A stretch of DNA of 64,000 nucleotides from Candidatus Eiseniibacteriota bacterium (GTDB taxonomy: Bacteria > Eisenbacteria > RBG-16-71-46 > CAZAMP01), in the NCBI GenBank assembly GCA_965224245.1, contig OZ245046.1, forward strand, positions 1,440,001 through 1,504,000, read 5' to 3'. The position numbers were made by a program, and so were the translations under genes. The notes beneath the pieces were generated by a model. The model had not been told where the DNA came from. It saw only the letters and a list, made by a program, of their open reading frames with translations, and did not search any database. Each line of letters starts with the position of its first letter. The stretch's first letter is position 1. Of the stretch, positions 21,001 through 30,146 are shown one piece after another.

Positions 21001-21375
21001 TACACGCTGCGCGGGTACGATTTCGGTGAAGTACGGGGCCACAACGTGGTATTGACCAACCTCGAGTTCCGGTTCCCGCTCATCGACTACGTGAAGCTCG
21101 GTTGGCCGCTGCCGATCGGCTTCCAGGGTATCCGCGGCCTCATGTTCTTCGACGTGGGGGCGGCCTGGGACGACGCCGAGGGCTTCAAGCCGATCGGCGG
21201 CCAGGAGGGCCGCTCGGGGTTCTATCTCAACGACATCCAGGCGTCCTACGGGTTCGGCATGCGGATGAACGTCTTCGGGTTCCTCATCGCGCGATGGGAC
21301 ATCGCCCGCAAGACCGACATCAAGAGCGTGCGCGGCCCGTGGCTCGGGCGCTTTGCCCTGGGTGCGGAGTTCTGA
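18043..21375 (+). CDS. Peptidase MA-like / TolB-like PD40 propeller / Omp85 (BamA-TamA family) barrel fusion protein
   Basis: QYFGKNKVQY, HELVH and EGMAEY zincin motifs, repeated WSPDG/FSPDG, LRGY and LEFRFP Omp85 motifs, terminal F. Confidence 0.85.
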   Translation: MRRTSRVIARAITSTVAALAVLAVVPTGAGAQYFGKNKVQYREFEWKVLESDHFDLYFYEGERRIAVDAARIAERAYDRLSAILDHEFEEKIPLIIYASHTDFQSTNVSPGHISEGTQGVTELMKRRVFLPFTGSYSEFVHVLEHELVHAFQLDILLRRSDSVLATSTSYIPPLWWMEGMAEYLSLMEIDEHTEMWLRDAALSGYLVSVTDMAYVGDIRVYRFGQAILAYIGERFGNTKIGEIHKASLRTRSLERAIEDVLGISIERFSEDWTQHVRRTYLPTIADHLKPTEFARRLTNGREDLANFNLAPSVDPEGRRFVFISDRSLYNDIYLASAIDGQVDRRLIKGERTGSFESLRFLYANIGWSPDGRELALVAKDGGEDVIVIFDVERRKEVERIRPDLDGVLSPSFSPDGARIAFNGLSQGYSDVYVVSRDGGAPERLTASRNAARDPVWSPDGKWIAFTTDIGPGTDFDQLRFGDFVIGLYEVASGRVVVPDGQSGKCINPQWSPEGDKILFVSDRSGISNVYAMSLDGSDVRQLTNILSGVTGITSLSPCFSLSRDGSRLVFSAFSGGGFDVFAMDYPLGVPEGDEDAPRPAAWIVDARGLPGEDFGEVSGVEGTTGRGATSDHGSDASAAAVSEPGDADLIADSAPGRVEETGEDVEPLAADVGDSAPSDPTGADADADAAGVSTSTGTDAAGESGSSTSDIVPTADDVFATARADLDDVVEPDRDIYRPFGEGSLPDSSSFNYHDYRLRFSPDFVAANGLFASNIGVAANTAIGFSDVLGNHQFVLGASVYGSLLDADIFLSYANLSRRTNWGVSLFQYRSDFIVETADADGDNDYISQIHRGLEFAISRPFSRFRRLELGVEFLGIEERVFGSTYVSTYGPTTFIDLPGDGGSRFFTRPSAALVSDNVIYGNTGPISGSRSRLEASRAVGGVDFTTFFGDYRTYLNTRQRYVVALRTIAATSFGVNPQTFRIGGPYTLRGYDFGEVRGHNVVLTNLEFRFPLIDYVKLGWPLPIGFQGIRGLMFFDVGAAWDDAEGFKPIGGQEGRSGFYLNDIQASYGFGMRMNVFGFLIARWDIARKTDIKSVRGPWLGRFALGAEF

Positions 21376-21381
21376 TCACAC

Positions 21382-23235
21382 ATGACGCGATGGATCCTAG
21401 TCGCGCCCGTCGTGCTCGCGCTTCTCGGCGCGGGCACGAGCACGGCGCAGATCATGGAAGATCCGACGCTACCGGCCGCGCGCTCGGGCGTCGACGACAC
21501 CCGCTGGTCGAACCTGCTCAGCGAGAACGAGGGCGTCAACGCGATCCTGAACTGCGAGTTCGATCGCGCGAACGCGTACTTCGAGGAGATGCGCCGAGCC
21601 GATCCGCAGTCGCCGGCGGCCGAGCTGGGCCTCGGACTCTCGGACTGGTGGCACATGGTGGCCGGCGGGTCGGACGTGAGCGCCGAGGACATCGAGGCGC
21701 ACCTCGAGCAGGTCATCAAGCTGGCCAAGAAGCACACCCGCAACGGCGGTGAGCGCGCCGAGGCGCTGTACTACTCCGGCCGCGCGAACTCGCTCCTGTC
21801 GAGCCTGTACCTGATGTACAACGACAAGCTGAAGGCCGCTCGCGCGGCCCAGCGCACGCGCTCGTACCTGGAGAAGTGCCTGGACGAGGACCCGGAGTTC
21901 CACGACGCGAATCTCGGCCTGGGGCTCTACCACTACTACGCCGACGCGCTGCCCAAGTTCTTCAAGCTCCTCGGATGGGTCTTCGGCGTGCGGGGCGATC
22001 GCGAGCAGGGGCTCGCCGAGCTGCGCGATGCGCTGGCCAACGGCGGCACCACGGGGGCCGAGGCGGCCTACTTCCTGACGAACGTGCTCACCAACTTCGA
22101 GCGTGAGCCCGACGATGCGCTGTCGCTGATCCGCTGGCTCATCCAGACGTATCCGAACAACCACATCTTCTTCCTCGAGTACCAGAACGTGCTCGAGTCA
22201 CTCGGATACTACCGCGAGGCCGAGGCCAACCTGCGACGCGAGATGGCCCCGGGGGCGCGGTTCCACGATCGGCGGACCCTGCACATGATGCTCGGGCGCA
22301 ATCTCTATCGCCAGGCGCGCTACGCCGAGGGCGCCGAGGTGCTGGAGGCTCAGCTTCCCAAGGTGCCCAGCGAGAACCGACCCGCCGAGCCCTGGTTCTA
22401 TTACTTCGCCGGACGCTGCCGCGATCTCATGGGGGACCGTGCGGCGGCCGAGCGCCACTACGCGGCCGCCGAGTCGTACAAGACCGGCGGCAACGTGGGG
22501 ATCCTGGCCGAGGATCGCCGGAAGAACCCGGAGGCCACGATCGATCGTCGCCTTCGAGTGGCCCGGGGGCTCACCCGGCAGCTGGGGCGTGGAGGCGAGG
22601 CCGCCCGGGCGTGGGCGACGCTGGTGTCCGACGTCGATGCCGAGCGCGTCAGCACGGACGTCTCCCGGGACGTGCTCGTGTTCCGGGAGGCGCTCTCGTG
22701 GGAGGAGGACGGGGCGTATGCCACCGCCGAGGCCCGATATCGTGCCGTCGGCGCCCACCACGAGCTGGGGGGGCGCGCCGGGCTCGGCATCGCGCGGAGC
22801 CGCTGGCGCACCGGAGACGTTGACGGGGCGATCGCGCTCCTCGACTCGCTGGCGGCCGATCCCGACTTCGGCGCCCGGGGTACCGCACGGCGGCTGACGA
22901 ACGCGCTGGGTGACGGCTGCCGTCCCGATTCGATCGCCGCCGCGGGCGGCCTCGACGTCCGCTACGTCGACCCCGAGGCGTGGGTGGTCGACGTCGTGTG
23001 CCGGGACGAGGACGGCGGTGAGATCTGTGCGCCGCTCCGATTCGAGCAGGGCGCCTGGGTCGGCTCGTTGCCCGTTGCGGGCGAACAGGTGCGCTACTAC
23101 TATCGCGTCGACGGGTTCCGGCGGGAGCCCGATCCCCTGGCGCGGTGGGAACGCGGATCGGACAACGCGATCTGGTCGGTCGCCGCATGGTCGCCGCCAA
23201 TCGACAGTGAATGGCCCAGACTCTCCGCACGCTGA
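21382..23235 (+). CDS. Secreted TPR protein with C-terminal CBM48/AMPK-beta-like domain
   Basis: Signal peptide; TPR-like DPEFHDANLGLGLYHY; C-terminal YYYRVDG...DP resembles glycogen-binding domains. Confidence 0.6.
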   Translation: MTRWILVAPVVLALLGAGTSTAQIMEDPTLPAARSGVDDTRWSNLLSENEGVNAILNCEFDRANAYFEEMRRADPQSPAAELGLGLSDWWHMVAGGSDVSAEDIEAHLEQVIKLAKKHTRNGGERAEALYYSGRANSLLSSLYLMYNDKLKAARAAQRTRSYLEKCLDEDPEFHDANLGLGLYHYYADALPKFFKLLGWVFGVRGDREQGLAELRDALANGGTTGAEAAYFLTNVLTNFEREPDDALSLIRWLIQTYPNNHIFFLEYQNVLESLGYYREAEANLRREMAPGARFHDRRTLHMMLGRNLYRQARYAEGAEVLEAQLPKVPSENRPAEPWFYYFAGRCRDLMGDRAAAERHYAAAESYKTGGNVGILAEDRRKNPEATIDRRLRVARGLTRQLGRGGEAARAWATLVSDVDAERVSTDVSRDVLVFREALSWEEDGAYATAEARYRAVGAHHELGGRAGLGIARSRWRTGDVDGAIALLDSLAADPDFGARGTARRLTNALGDGCRPDSIAAAGGLDVRYVDPEAWVVDVVCRDEDGGEICAPLRFEQGAWVGSLPVAGEQVRYYYRVDGFRREPDPLARWERGSDNAIWSVAAWSPPIDSEWPRLSAR

Positions 23236-25316
23236 CACTCGTCTTCCTGGTCGCGGCCGTCGCGTTCGTCACGCGATGGCCGCTCTCATCGGCGGTCACC
23301 TCCGAGGCCGCTCTCGCACCCGAAACGGTCGCCACGGCGGTGGCGCGACTCGCGCCGCCCACGCGCGGCGCCGCCGACGCCGTCCCGACCCGCATTCCGA
23401 TCCTCGCGCCCGAGGCGCTCCGGCTCTTCTACGCGGCGACCGCACGGTCGACGGGGTCGACACCCCCGAGGAACGCCGCGCTGGCCCTGGCCGCCGGCTT
23501 CCACGCGGGCGAGCCCGAGGCGGTGATCGCGGCGCGCCGGCTCTGGCTGGCTCTCGACGCGGTCGTGCTGGCGCTCCTCGTGATCGCCGGACACGCGACC
23601 GGGCGGATCCTCGCGGAGCGCGGCGTGCTCGCCCACCGCGGCGTCTCCGCGAGCGCGTCGGTCTCCACGGGCGCCGTCGCCGTCGTGGACGCGCCCGTGC
23701 CGAGCGACCGGCTCGCGCGCCGCATCGTCTCCTGGCTGCCCGCTCTGCTGTATGCCCTGTCGCCGGCGGCGGCGGCTCAGGTCGTGGGAGTGTCGCCGAC
23801 AGTGCCGGCTCTGGTCCTGGCGCTGGGATCGGCGGCGCTGCTTCTCACGCGTCGCCCGCCGGGCGTGGGGCGGGTTCTGATGGGAGGCGGGTTCGCCGGG
23901 ATGGCGGTGGCCGCACACCCCGCGGGCGTCGTGCTTCTGCCGCTCGCGCTCACGCTTGCCGCGAGAGGCGAGCGGCACCGCGCGGTCACGTCGGTCGCCG
24001 TCGTCGTCATCGCGCTCGTGATCGGAACGCTCCTCGGTGACCCGCGGATCGCGAACGACGCCCGGATTCTGACGGACCGCGCCGTGACGGCGCTGACGCG
24101 CGTGGGGCCGTTCGGTGTGGATCCGGCCGTCGTGGCGCTGGGACGGGCGGTGGGGGTCCTGGGGGCCGTGATCGCCTGCGTCGGCGTGTGGCGGCTGGCG
24201 GCGTGCCGGGCGGGACGTCCGGTGCTGCTCGCGGTGGGGCTCCCGGTGGCGATCGCGGCGACGGTGCGCGTCGGGGGGGCGGTGCCGCTCGTCTTGCCGC
24301 TGGCGTTTCTGCTGGTCGCGGCGGGGGCGGCGGTTGCGGTCTCGGTCACGACGTCGCACCGACCGGCGCTGGTCGCGGCCGTCGTGGGGGCGACCCTCGT
24401 GGGGCCGGCGCTGGGCGCGTCGGACACGCTGGCCCGGGCGCGGCGGGGGGATGCCCGCGACGCGGCCCGCGCCTGGCTCGCCGCGTCGCTACCGGACTCG
24501 GCGCGGGTCGTGGTCACCCCGTACGGGCCGTCTCTCGACGATCGGCGCACGCGTTTCAGCTTGCCGTTCGACTCGGTCAATCCGGAGCGGTTCGCCGGCG
24601 CCTACGATCTCCGCTGGTACGACGGCTTCGACACGTTCGTGGTGTCGGATGCGCTCTTCGATCGCTATGCGCGCGATCCCGAGCGGCACACGGCGCCGCT
24701 CCGGTTCCTGCACGAGCTGCGTGCATCGTGCCGGAAGCTGGCCACATTCGACGACACCGAGTATCTCGGGAGCACGGTGGAGGTGTTCGCGCGGACGCAC
24801 CGCGCGCCCCTGACCGGTCTGGAGACGCTGCTGGCCCGCCCGGCTCCCGACCCGGTCAGCGCGGAGTTTCACCTGTCGCTGGGAAGCGCCTACTTCCGGA
24901 TCGGGCACCGATCGCATGCGATCGCGCTCTTCGAGATCGCCGCGCAGATCGCGCCCACCGATCCGCGCGTGGCGGTGAACCTGGGTGGGGCGTACATCGA
25001 GGAGGGCCGCCTGATGGAGGCCGATCAGCTCCTTCGGGACGCGGTGCGCGCGCATCCCGAGGCGGCGCTCGTACGGTATCAGTACGGACGGGTGAAGGCG
25101 AAGCGCCGGCTGTGGGGCGAGGCGATCGCCGAGTACAAGTTCGCGGTGCGCCGCGACCCCACGTTCCTGGAGGCACATTTCAACCTCGCGTCGGCCTACC
25201 TCGAGGTGGGCAACCTCGAGGGAGCGACCGGGGGATTCCGCCGCGTGATCGAGCTGGGCGGTGACAGCCCGCTGGCCGAGCGGGCGCGCGCCGTGCTGGC
25301 ACAGCTGGAGCCGTGA
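23211..25316 (+). CDS. Polytopic membrane protein (GT-C/ArnT-like) with C-terminal TPRs
   Basis: Many TM helices; AARAWLAASLPDSARVV periplasmic-domain motif; four TPRs (DPTFLEAHFNLA). Confidence 0.55.
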   Translation: MAQTLRTLTLVFLVAAVAFVTRWPLSSAVTSEAALAPETVATAVARLAPPTRGAADAVPTRIPILAPEALRLFYAATARSTGSTPPRNAALALAAGFHAGEPEAVIAARRLWLALDAVVLALLVIAGHATGRILAERGVLAHRGVSASASVSTGAVAVVDAPVPSDRLARRIVSWLPALLYALSPAAAAQVVGVSPTVPALVLALGSAALLLTRRPPGVGRVLMGGGFAGMAVAAHPAGVVLLPLALTLAARGERHRAVTSVAVVVIALVIGTLLGDPRIANDARILTDRAVTALTRVGPFGVDPAVVALGRAVGVLGAVIACVGVWRLAACRAGRPVLLAVGLPVAIAATVRVGGAVPLVLPLAFLLVAAGAAVAVSVTTSHRPALVAAVVGATLVGPALGASDTLARARRGDARDAARAWLAASLPDSARVVVTPYGPSLDDRRTRFSLPFDSVNPERFAGAYDLRWYDGFDTFVVSDALFDRYARDPERHTAPLRFLHELRASCRKLATFDDTEYLGSTVEVFARTHRAPLTGLETLLARPAPDPVSAEFHLSLGSAYFRIGHRSHAIALFEIAAQIAPTDPRVAVNLGGAYIEEGRLMEADQLLRDAVRAHPEAALVRYQYGRVKAKRRLWGEAIAEYKFAVRRDPTFLEAHFNLASAYLEVGNLEGATGGFRRVIELGGDSPLAERARAVLAQLEP

Positions 25317-26329
25317 TGCGATTCGCCGTCCGCCCGCCCAACTGGCTCGGCGACGCGGTGATGTCGTTGCCCGCGCTGGCGGACCTCGAGTCGACGTTTC
25401 CCGACGCGGGCATCGACTACTTCGTGACGCCGGCGGCCGCGGAGGTGTGCGAGCGTGCCCGGCTCCGCGGTCGTGCGGTTCGGCTGGACACTCGCGGGCG
25501 CGCGCGACTGCTCGCCGGCGCGCTGGGCGCGCTCCGGCGCACCTCCTACGACGCCGGCCTCGTGCTGCCTCCGTCGTTCTCGTCCGCGCTCCTGTTCCGG
25601 GCGGGCGGAGTTCCCGAGTGCGTCGGCTTCTCCTCGGACGCGCGCGACTGGCTCCTGGCCCATGCCGAGCGGCGCGTCCCTCGCGGCCAGCGCCACCTGC
25701 GCGACGAGTATCGCGATCTGGTGCGCGCGCTGGCGCGGCGGCGGGGCGCCGAGTCCGCGAACGCCGACGAGCCGATGCTCGTGCCTCGCCCCGAGGACCG
25801 AGACCGGATCGCCGTACGACTGGGAGCGGTCCCTCGCCCATGGATCGTCCTGGCGCCGGGGGCAGTCTACGGACCGACGAAGCGCTGGCCGGCGTCCCGG
25901 TTCGCCGCTCTCGCCGACGTGCTCCACACACGACACGGCGGGACGACGCTCGTGGTCGGCGCGGGCGGGGACGCCGTGGTGGCCGCGGAGGTGGAGCGGG
26001 CCGCGGAGACGACGCTCGTGAACCTTGCCGGCGCATCCACGCTGGGAGAGCTGATCGCGCTCCTGGCCGACGCCGACGTCGTCGTCTCGAACGACTCGGG
26101 GGCGATGCACGTGGCCGGGGCCGTGAACGCGCCCCTGGTGGCGATCTTCGGCTCGACGAACCCCGAGTGGACGTCACCGGCCGGCCGTCGGGTGACGATC
26201 GTGCGTCGCGACGAGCCCTGCGCGCCGTGCTATCGACCTGACTGCGCGATCGGGATCGTCTGCCTCACGCGGATCGACGTGGGCGAGATCGCCGACGCCG
26301 CCTCGCGCGCCCTGGGAGCCGCGTCGTGA
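25313..26329 (+). CDS. waaF: LPS heptosyltransferase II (GT9)
   Basis: PNWLGDAVM, PGAVYGPTKRWP, SNDSGAMHVA, FGST, CAPC. Confidence 0.88.
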   Translation: MMRFAVRPPNWLGDAVMSLPALADLESTFPDAGIDYFVTPAAAEVCERARLRGRAVRLDTRGRARLLAGALGALRRTSYDAGLVLPPSFSSALLFRAGGVPECVGFSSDARDWLLAHAERRVPRGQRHLRDEYRDLVRALARRRGAESANADEPMLVPRPEDRDRIAVRLGAVPRPWIVLAPGAVYGPTKRWPASRFAALADVLHTRHGGTTLVVGAGGDAVVAAEVERAAETTLVNLAGASTLGELIALLADADVVVSNDSGAMHVAGAVNAPLVAIFGSTNPEWTSPAGRRVTIVRRDEPCAPCYRPDCAIGIVCLTRIDVGEIADAASRALGAAS

Positions 26330-26910
26330 CGCCGCGCCCGGTCGTCTTCGTCGATCGCGACGGGACGCTGAACGAGAACGTCGGGCACCTCGCCGATCCC
26401 CGGCGGCTCCGGCTGCTGCCAGGGGCCGCCGACGCCGTGCGGCGGCTCAACCGGGCGGAGATCGCGGTCGTCGTGGTCACGAATCAGTCGGTCATCGCCA
26501 GAGGCCTCGGCCGCCCCGCCGACGTGGCGCGCGTCAACGACGCGCTGGTGACGGCGCTCGCGTCCGGCGGCGCTCGCCTCGACGGCATCTACCTGTGTCC
26601 CCACCATCCCGACTTCGATCGGGTGTGCGCGTGTCGCAAGCCGGGCACCGAGCTTCTGGCCCGAGCGGTGCGCGATCTGGGCCTGGACTGGCGCCGAGCT
26701 GCGATCGTGGGGGATGGGCCGGGAGACATCGAGGCCGGTCGCCGCGTCGGCATCACGAGCGTGCTCGTGTCGACCGGTCACGGCCGCGAGGTGGCCGCCG
26801 AGGCGCCCTGGGAGCCCGGTCCGGGACCGGATGCGATCGTCGCCGGCATCGGCGACGCGGTCAGCTGGCTGCTCGGCTCGGGCGCGTTCGATCTCATCGA
26901 AGACGACTGA
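26326..26910 (+). CDS. gmhB: D-glycero-D-manno-heptose 1,7-bisphosphate phosphatase
   Basis: DRDGTL, VTNQS, CPHHP, CACRKP, GD motifs; coupled to waaF. Confidence 0.88.
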   Translation: MTPRPVVFVDRDGTLNENVGHLADPRRLRLLPGAADAVRRLNRAEIAVVVVTNQSVIARGLGRPADVARVNDALVTALASGGARLDGIYLCPHHPDFDRVCACRKPGTELLARAVRDLGLDWRRAAIVGDGPGDIEAGRRVGITSVLVSTGHGREVAAEAPWEPGPGPDAIVAGIGDAVSWLLGSGAFDLIEDD

Positions 26911-26952
26911 CGTCCGGGATCGGCGCTGCCACGAGACGGGAGAGGGGCAGGC

Positions 26953-27795
26953 CTACGGAACCTGTCCCCACAGGCGCAGCCCGATGTAGATCGACGCGCC
27001 CACGACCACCACCGCACCCGCCATCACCGCCACGCGCAGCCCCGCGGGCGGTGTCTCGGCGCCCTGTGCGATGCGCTCGATGTGGCTGGGGGCCTTGACG
27101 ACCTCGGCGACGCCGGCGTCCACGAGACCCTGGAGCATCGGCACCATGTCGTTTCGCGGCAGGCGCGTCGCGTCCAGGATACGGCCCACCGTGTTGCGTC
27201 CGTCCACCAGACGCAGGAGCGCCCCGTGTACGTGGTTCTCGGGCACCGGACGCTGGCCGGGCTTGATGCGCGGCGTGCACAGGAGCGGGAGGCTCTCGGA
27301 GAGCGTGAGGTTCGTCTCGTCCGAACGTCGTCCCGCCTCCATCATGATGAACTCGGTCTTCTCCGCCAGTGGGATGGCGAAGAGCCGCTCGGTCTGGTGT
27401 GACTCGAACGACAGGAACCCGTCGCGCGCCTCCATCAGCTGATCGACGACACCCTGCGTGTGGAGCAACAGCAGCTCCTCGAGCGTCTCGCGCGTCGCGA
27501 TGCCGACCTCCATCAGGTGCTCGAGTGGATCCCGGTTCGGGTTCTCGACCTGCCAGCCGGCCAGGATCTTCCAGTGCTCGGGCGGAATGATCCGGAGCTC
27601 TTTCAGCAGCGCGACGAACGAGTCGTCGGGGTCGGCTCCCGGGCGCCGAGCCTGGAGGAGGTTTCCGCGATTGAAGTACAGCACGAACGTCCCGTCGTCG
27701 GTGGAGACGTCCAGGTGTCCCGACTTCTCCTGCCGGGCGATGAAGCCCAGGGCCTCGCTCGCCGGAAGGTCTCGCAGCTGCCCGTTCAGCGCCAT
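26953..27795 (-). CDS. DUF4388 (PATAN-like) domain protein with C-terminal TM helix
   Basis: MALNGQLRDL...KSGHL...LYFNRG N-terminus, LVDGRNTV wHTH-like segment, C-terminal hydrophobic helix. Confidence 0.7.
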   Translation of the reverse strand: MALNGQLRDLPASEALGFIARQEKSGHLDVSTDDGTFVLYFNRGNLLQARRPGADPDDSFVALLKELRIIPPEHWKILAGWQVENPNRDPLEHLMEVGIATRETLEELLLLHTQGVVDQLMEARDGFLSFESHQTERLFAIPLAEKTEFIMMEAGRRSDETNLTLSESLPLLCTPRIKPGQRPVPENHVHGALLRLVDGRNTVGRILDATRLPRNDMVPMLQGLVDAGVAEVVKAPSHIERIAQGAETPPAGLRVAVMAGAVVVVGASIYIGLRLWGQVP

Positions 27796-29673
27796 CTATG
27801 CCGCCGCGTTGGACGCGTAGTCCTCATCGAGAAGTTCTCGGTCGGCGCCGGCACGCTGCCAGCGCCACGTGAGCAACCGTGACATCGCGTACATGACGAC
27901 CGCCGCCACGATCAACAGCCCCTGCGGCAAGGCGGGGGCGGTTCCGTGCGGGTTCCCGGACACCGGCAGCTCGGGCAGGCTGATGGCCAGGAGCGCGGCG
28001 CTCGCGAACGTGAGCACGACGATCGAGCGTCCGATGGGCCAGTTCGCGACCTCGGCCCACCCGGGCAGGAGCCAGCGTACGACGGTGGTCAGAATCGAAC
28101 GTGGCGTGTAGCGCCGCCGGAAGTAACGCTCGAGGAGCGCCTTCGAGTACTCGGCGGAGCAGTCGGCGGACAGCGTGTTTCCGCAGTCCGCGCAGTACGC
28201 GGCACCGTCGAGCCGCACCAGGCAGCGCCGGCACACGATCGCCCCGCAGGACTCGCACGCGTACGTCGTGACCGTGCGCTGCAGCCACTGGCCGGCCAGC
28301 GTGCCGAGGAGCCACATCGCGAGGAGGCCGAGCGGCATGAACGCGATCTTCCCGCCGGGGCTGACGATGCCGAGACCGGGGGGAAGCGAGAGGTGCCCCG
28401 ATACGCCCTGACCGCGCAGCGTCGCCAGCCAGAACGGCCAGTTGGATGGAAGGACGTCGATCGCGGGCCGGACGAGCGTCACCGCCGGACCGTCGCCGAA
28501 GTCGGTGATGCGCTCGTAGTCCAGACGCATCGCCTCCTGCATGGCCTGATCGGCGCGGATCAGATCCAGCTGCTCGGTCAGGACCTGGGAGAGGTTGTAG
28601 TGCGCCTCCGCCGATCCAGGGCTCCTGGCGATGACGCGCTCGTATGCCTCACGCGCCGCGTTCAGATCCCCGCGCGCGAACTGCACGTTGGCGAGATCGA
28701 TCGCGGCTCCGCTCTCGCGCGGGAGCGTGTTCGCCGCCTGCCGCAGCGACTCCTCGGCGGCGGCGAGGTCGCCGGCTCGCTTGGCGGCCATGCCACGGGC
28801 CCAGTCGACGTAGCCGGCCGGCTCCTCGAAGTCCATCGGGTCCTCGTACCCGGAGCCGGCGGCGGCCTCCAGCGCGGCGGCCACGCGGAACGGCTCGTGG
28901 TCCGGACCGGGCTCGGCGAGGGGGCCCGGACCCCAGAAGTGGGCCACCCACAGCACGGCCCCCACGGCCACCAGCCCGTGGGCCAGGGCGCGCTCCTGGC
29001 GCCGCATGATGTGTCCGAACCAGAGGATGAAGAACACGAGGGTCGGGAGCAATCCCACGCCCCAGAGCAGCGGCACGAACAGCAGGAAGCCCGCGACCAG
29101 CGGCGCCGCCGAGCCCCCCACGCGGCGCTTGAGCGACTCCTGGAGGCTGTGGTGCACGTGCCGGACGTAACGGAACACGATCGCCCCGGCCGTCCCGACG
29201 ACGCCGAGCGAGATCGCCCAGAGCGTCAAGAGGAGGATGTTCAGGGCCAGCACGAGCTGGTTCGGAAAGCCCTGGATGGCCGCGCGTCCCACGGCCCGAT
29301 AGGCCTCCAGTGCCGCACCGGGGTCGAGGCCGACGCGGCTCGCTCGCAGCAGATGTGCGTGCACGCTGGCCGGATCGTGGGCGAGCGCGATCTGGATCTG
29401 GACGTCCGCCTCGGCCGTGCGGCCCTCGTCGAGAAGGTGCCGGGCCGCGTCGACGGCGGCCCGGGCCATCACCACGTCGCGCGGAACCTGCGTTCTGGCA
29501 CGGGCTTCGGCGATCTCGACCGGGTCGTCGTCGGGGGCGGCGACGCTCGGGGAGGACAGCGAGCACGCGATCGAGATCGCGCCCACGAGGATCCACAGGA
29601 GTCGCGACGGACGCGCCCATCGCGGGGCGAGGGCGCGGTGCGTGCGGGGCGAGAGCTGATTGGCGACGATCAT
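27796..29673 (-). CDS. TPR-containing membrane protein with Cys-rich Zn-binding domain
   Basis: TPRs (PGSAEAHYNLS), TM segments, CESC...CRRC...CADC. Start uncertain. Confidence 0.65.
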   Translation of the reverse strand: MIVANQLSPRTHRALAPRWARPSRLLWILVGAISIACSLSSPSVAAPDDDPVEIAEARARTQVPRDVVMARAAVDAARHLLDEGRTAEADVQIQIALAHDPASVHAHLLRASRVGLDPGAALEAYRAVGRAAIQGFPNQLVLALNILLLTLWAISLGVVGTAGAIVFRYVRHVHHSLQESLKRRVGGSAAPLVAGFLLFVPLLWGVGLLPTLVFFILWFGHIMRRQERALAHGLVAVGAVLWVAHFWGPGPLAEPGPDHEPFRVAAALEAAAGSGYEDPMDFEEPAGYVDWARGMAAKRAGDLAAAEESLRQAANTLPRESGAAIDLANVQFARGDLNAAREAYERVIARSPGSAEAHYNLSQVLTEQLDLIRADQAMQEAMRLDYERITDFGDGPAVTLVRPAIDVLPSNWPFWLATLRGQGVSGHLSLPPGLGIVSPGGKIAFMPLGLLAMWLLGTLAGQWLQRTVTTYACESCGAIVCRRCLVRLDGAAYCADCGNTLSADCSAEYSKALLERYFRRRYTPRSILTTVVRWLLPGWAEVANWPIGRSIVVLTFASAALLAISLPELPVSGNPHGTAPALPQGLLIVAAVVMYAMSRLLTWRWQRAGADRELLDEDYASNAAA

Positions 29674-29951
29674 GTCCGTTCCGGGGAAAGGGATGGGGTA
29701 TGCCGTGCGTGGGGGCCCGCCACTTCGACACGGCGCTGGACCGTCCTGATATGAGGTTTCGGGCGGCCGGGGGCACACGTTCAGCCACGGCGGCGGCCGC
29801 CGGTCGAACTCGGCCGGAGCGCTGGCACGAAGCGGAGTCCATGCCGGGAGCCGGGTTGACGCGGCCGGTCGCGTGGCGTTAGATTGAGGCCGTGCTCGTT
29901 CCCTCCGACCCATGGCGAATCCACTCCCACGGTCGCCTAATCGTTTGCTAG

Positions 29952-29981
29952 TTGACGGACTAGCGGACAGTTTCCTAGACT
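29952..29981 (+). promoter_or_regulatory. Sigma70-like promoter of the exbB-exbD-exbD-tonB operon
   Basis: TTGACG-N18-TAGACT. Confidence 0.5.
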
Positions 29982-30146
29982 CCATCGGTCTCTTTACCGG
30001 TGGTGAGTTTCGATTTGTCGTGCGAGCTTCCGAGGCAGTCCAGAGGTCGTCCCTCCGCTCGGGGGGCGTTGCGTTGCGCCGCGGCCGCGGCGTAGGGTGG
30101 CTGGGTGGTTCGGGTCGACTCCAGTAGCGAGAAGGAGCACAACACG

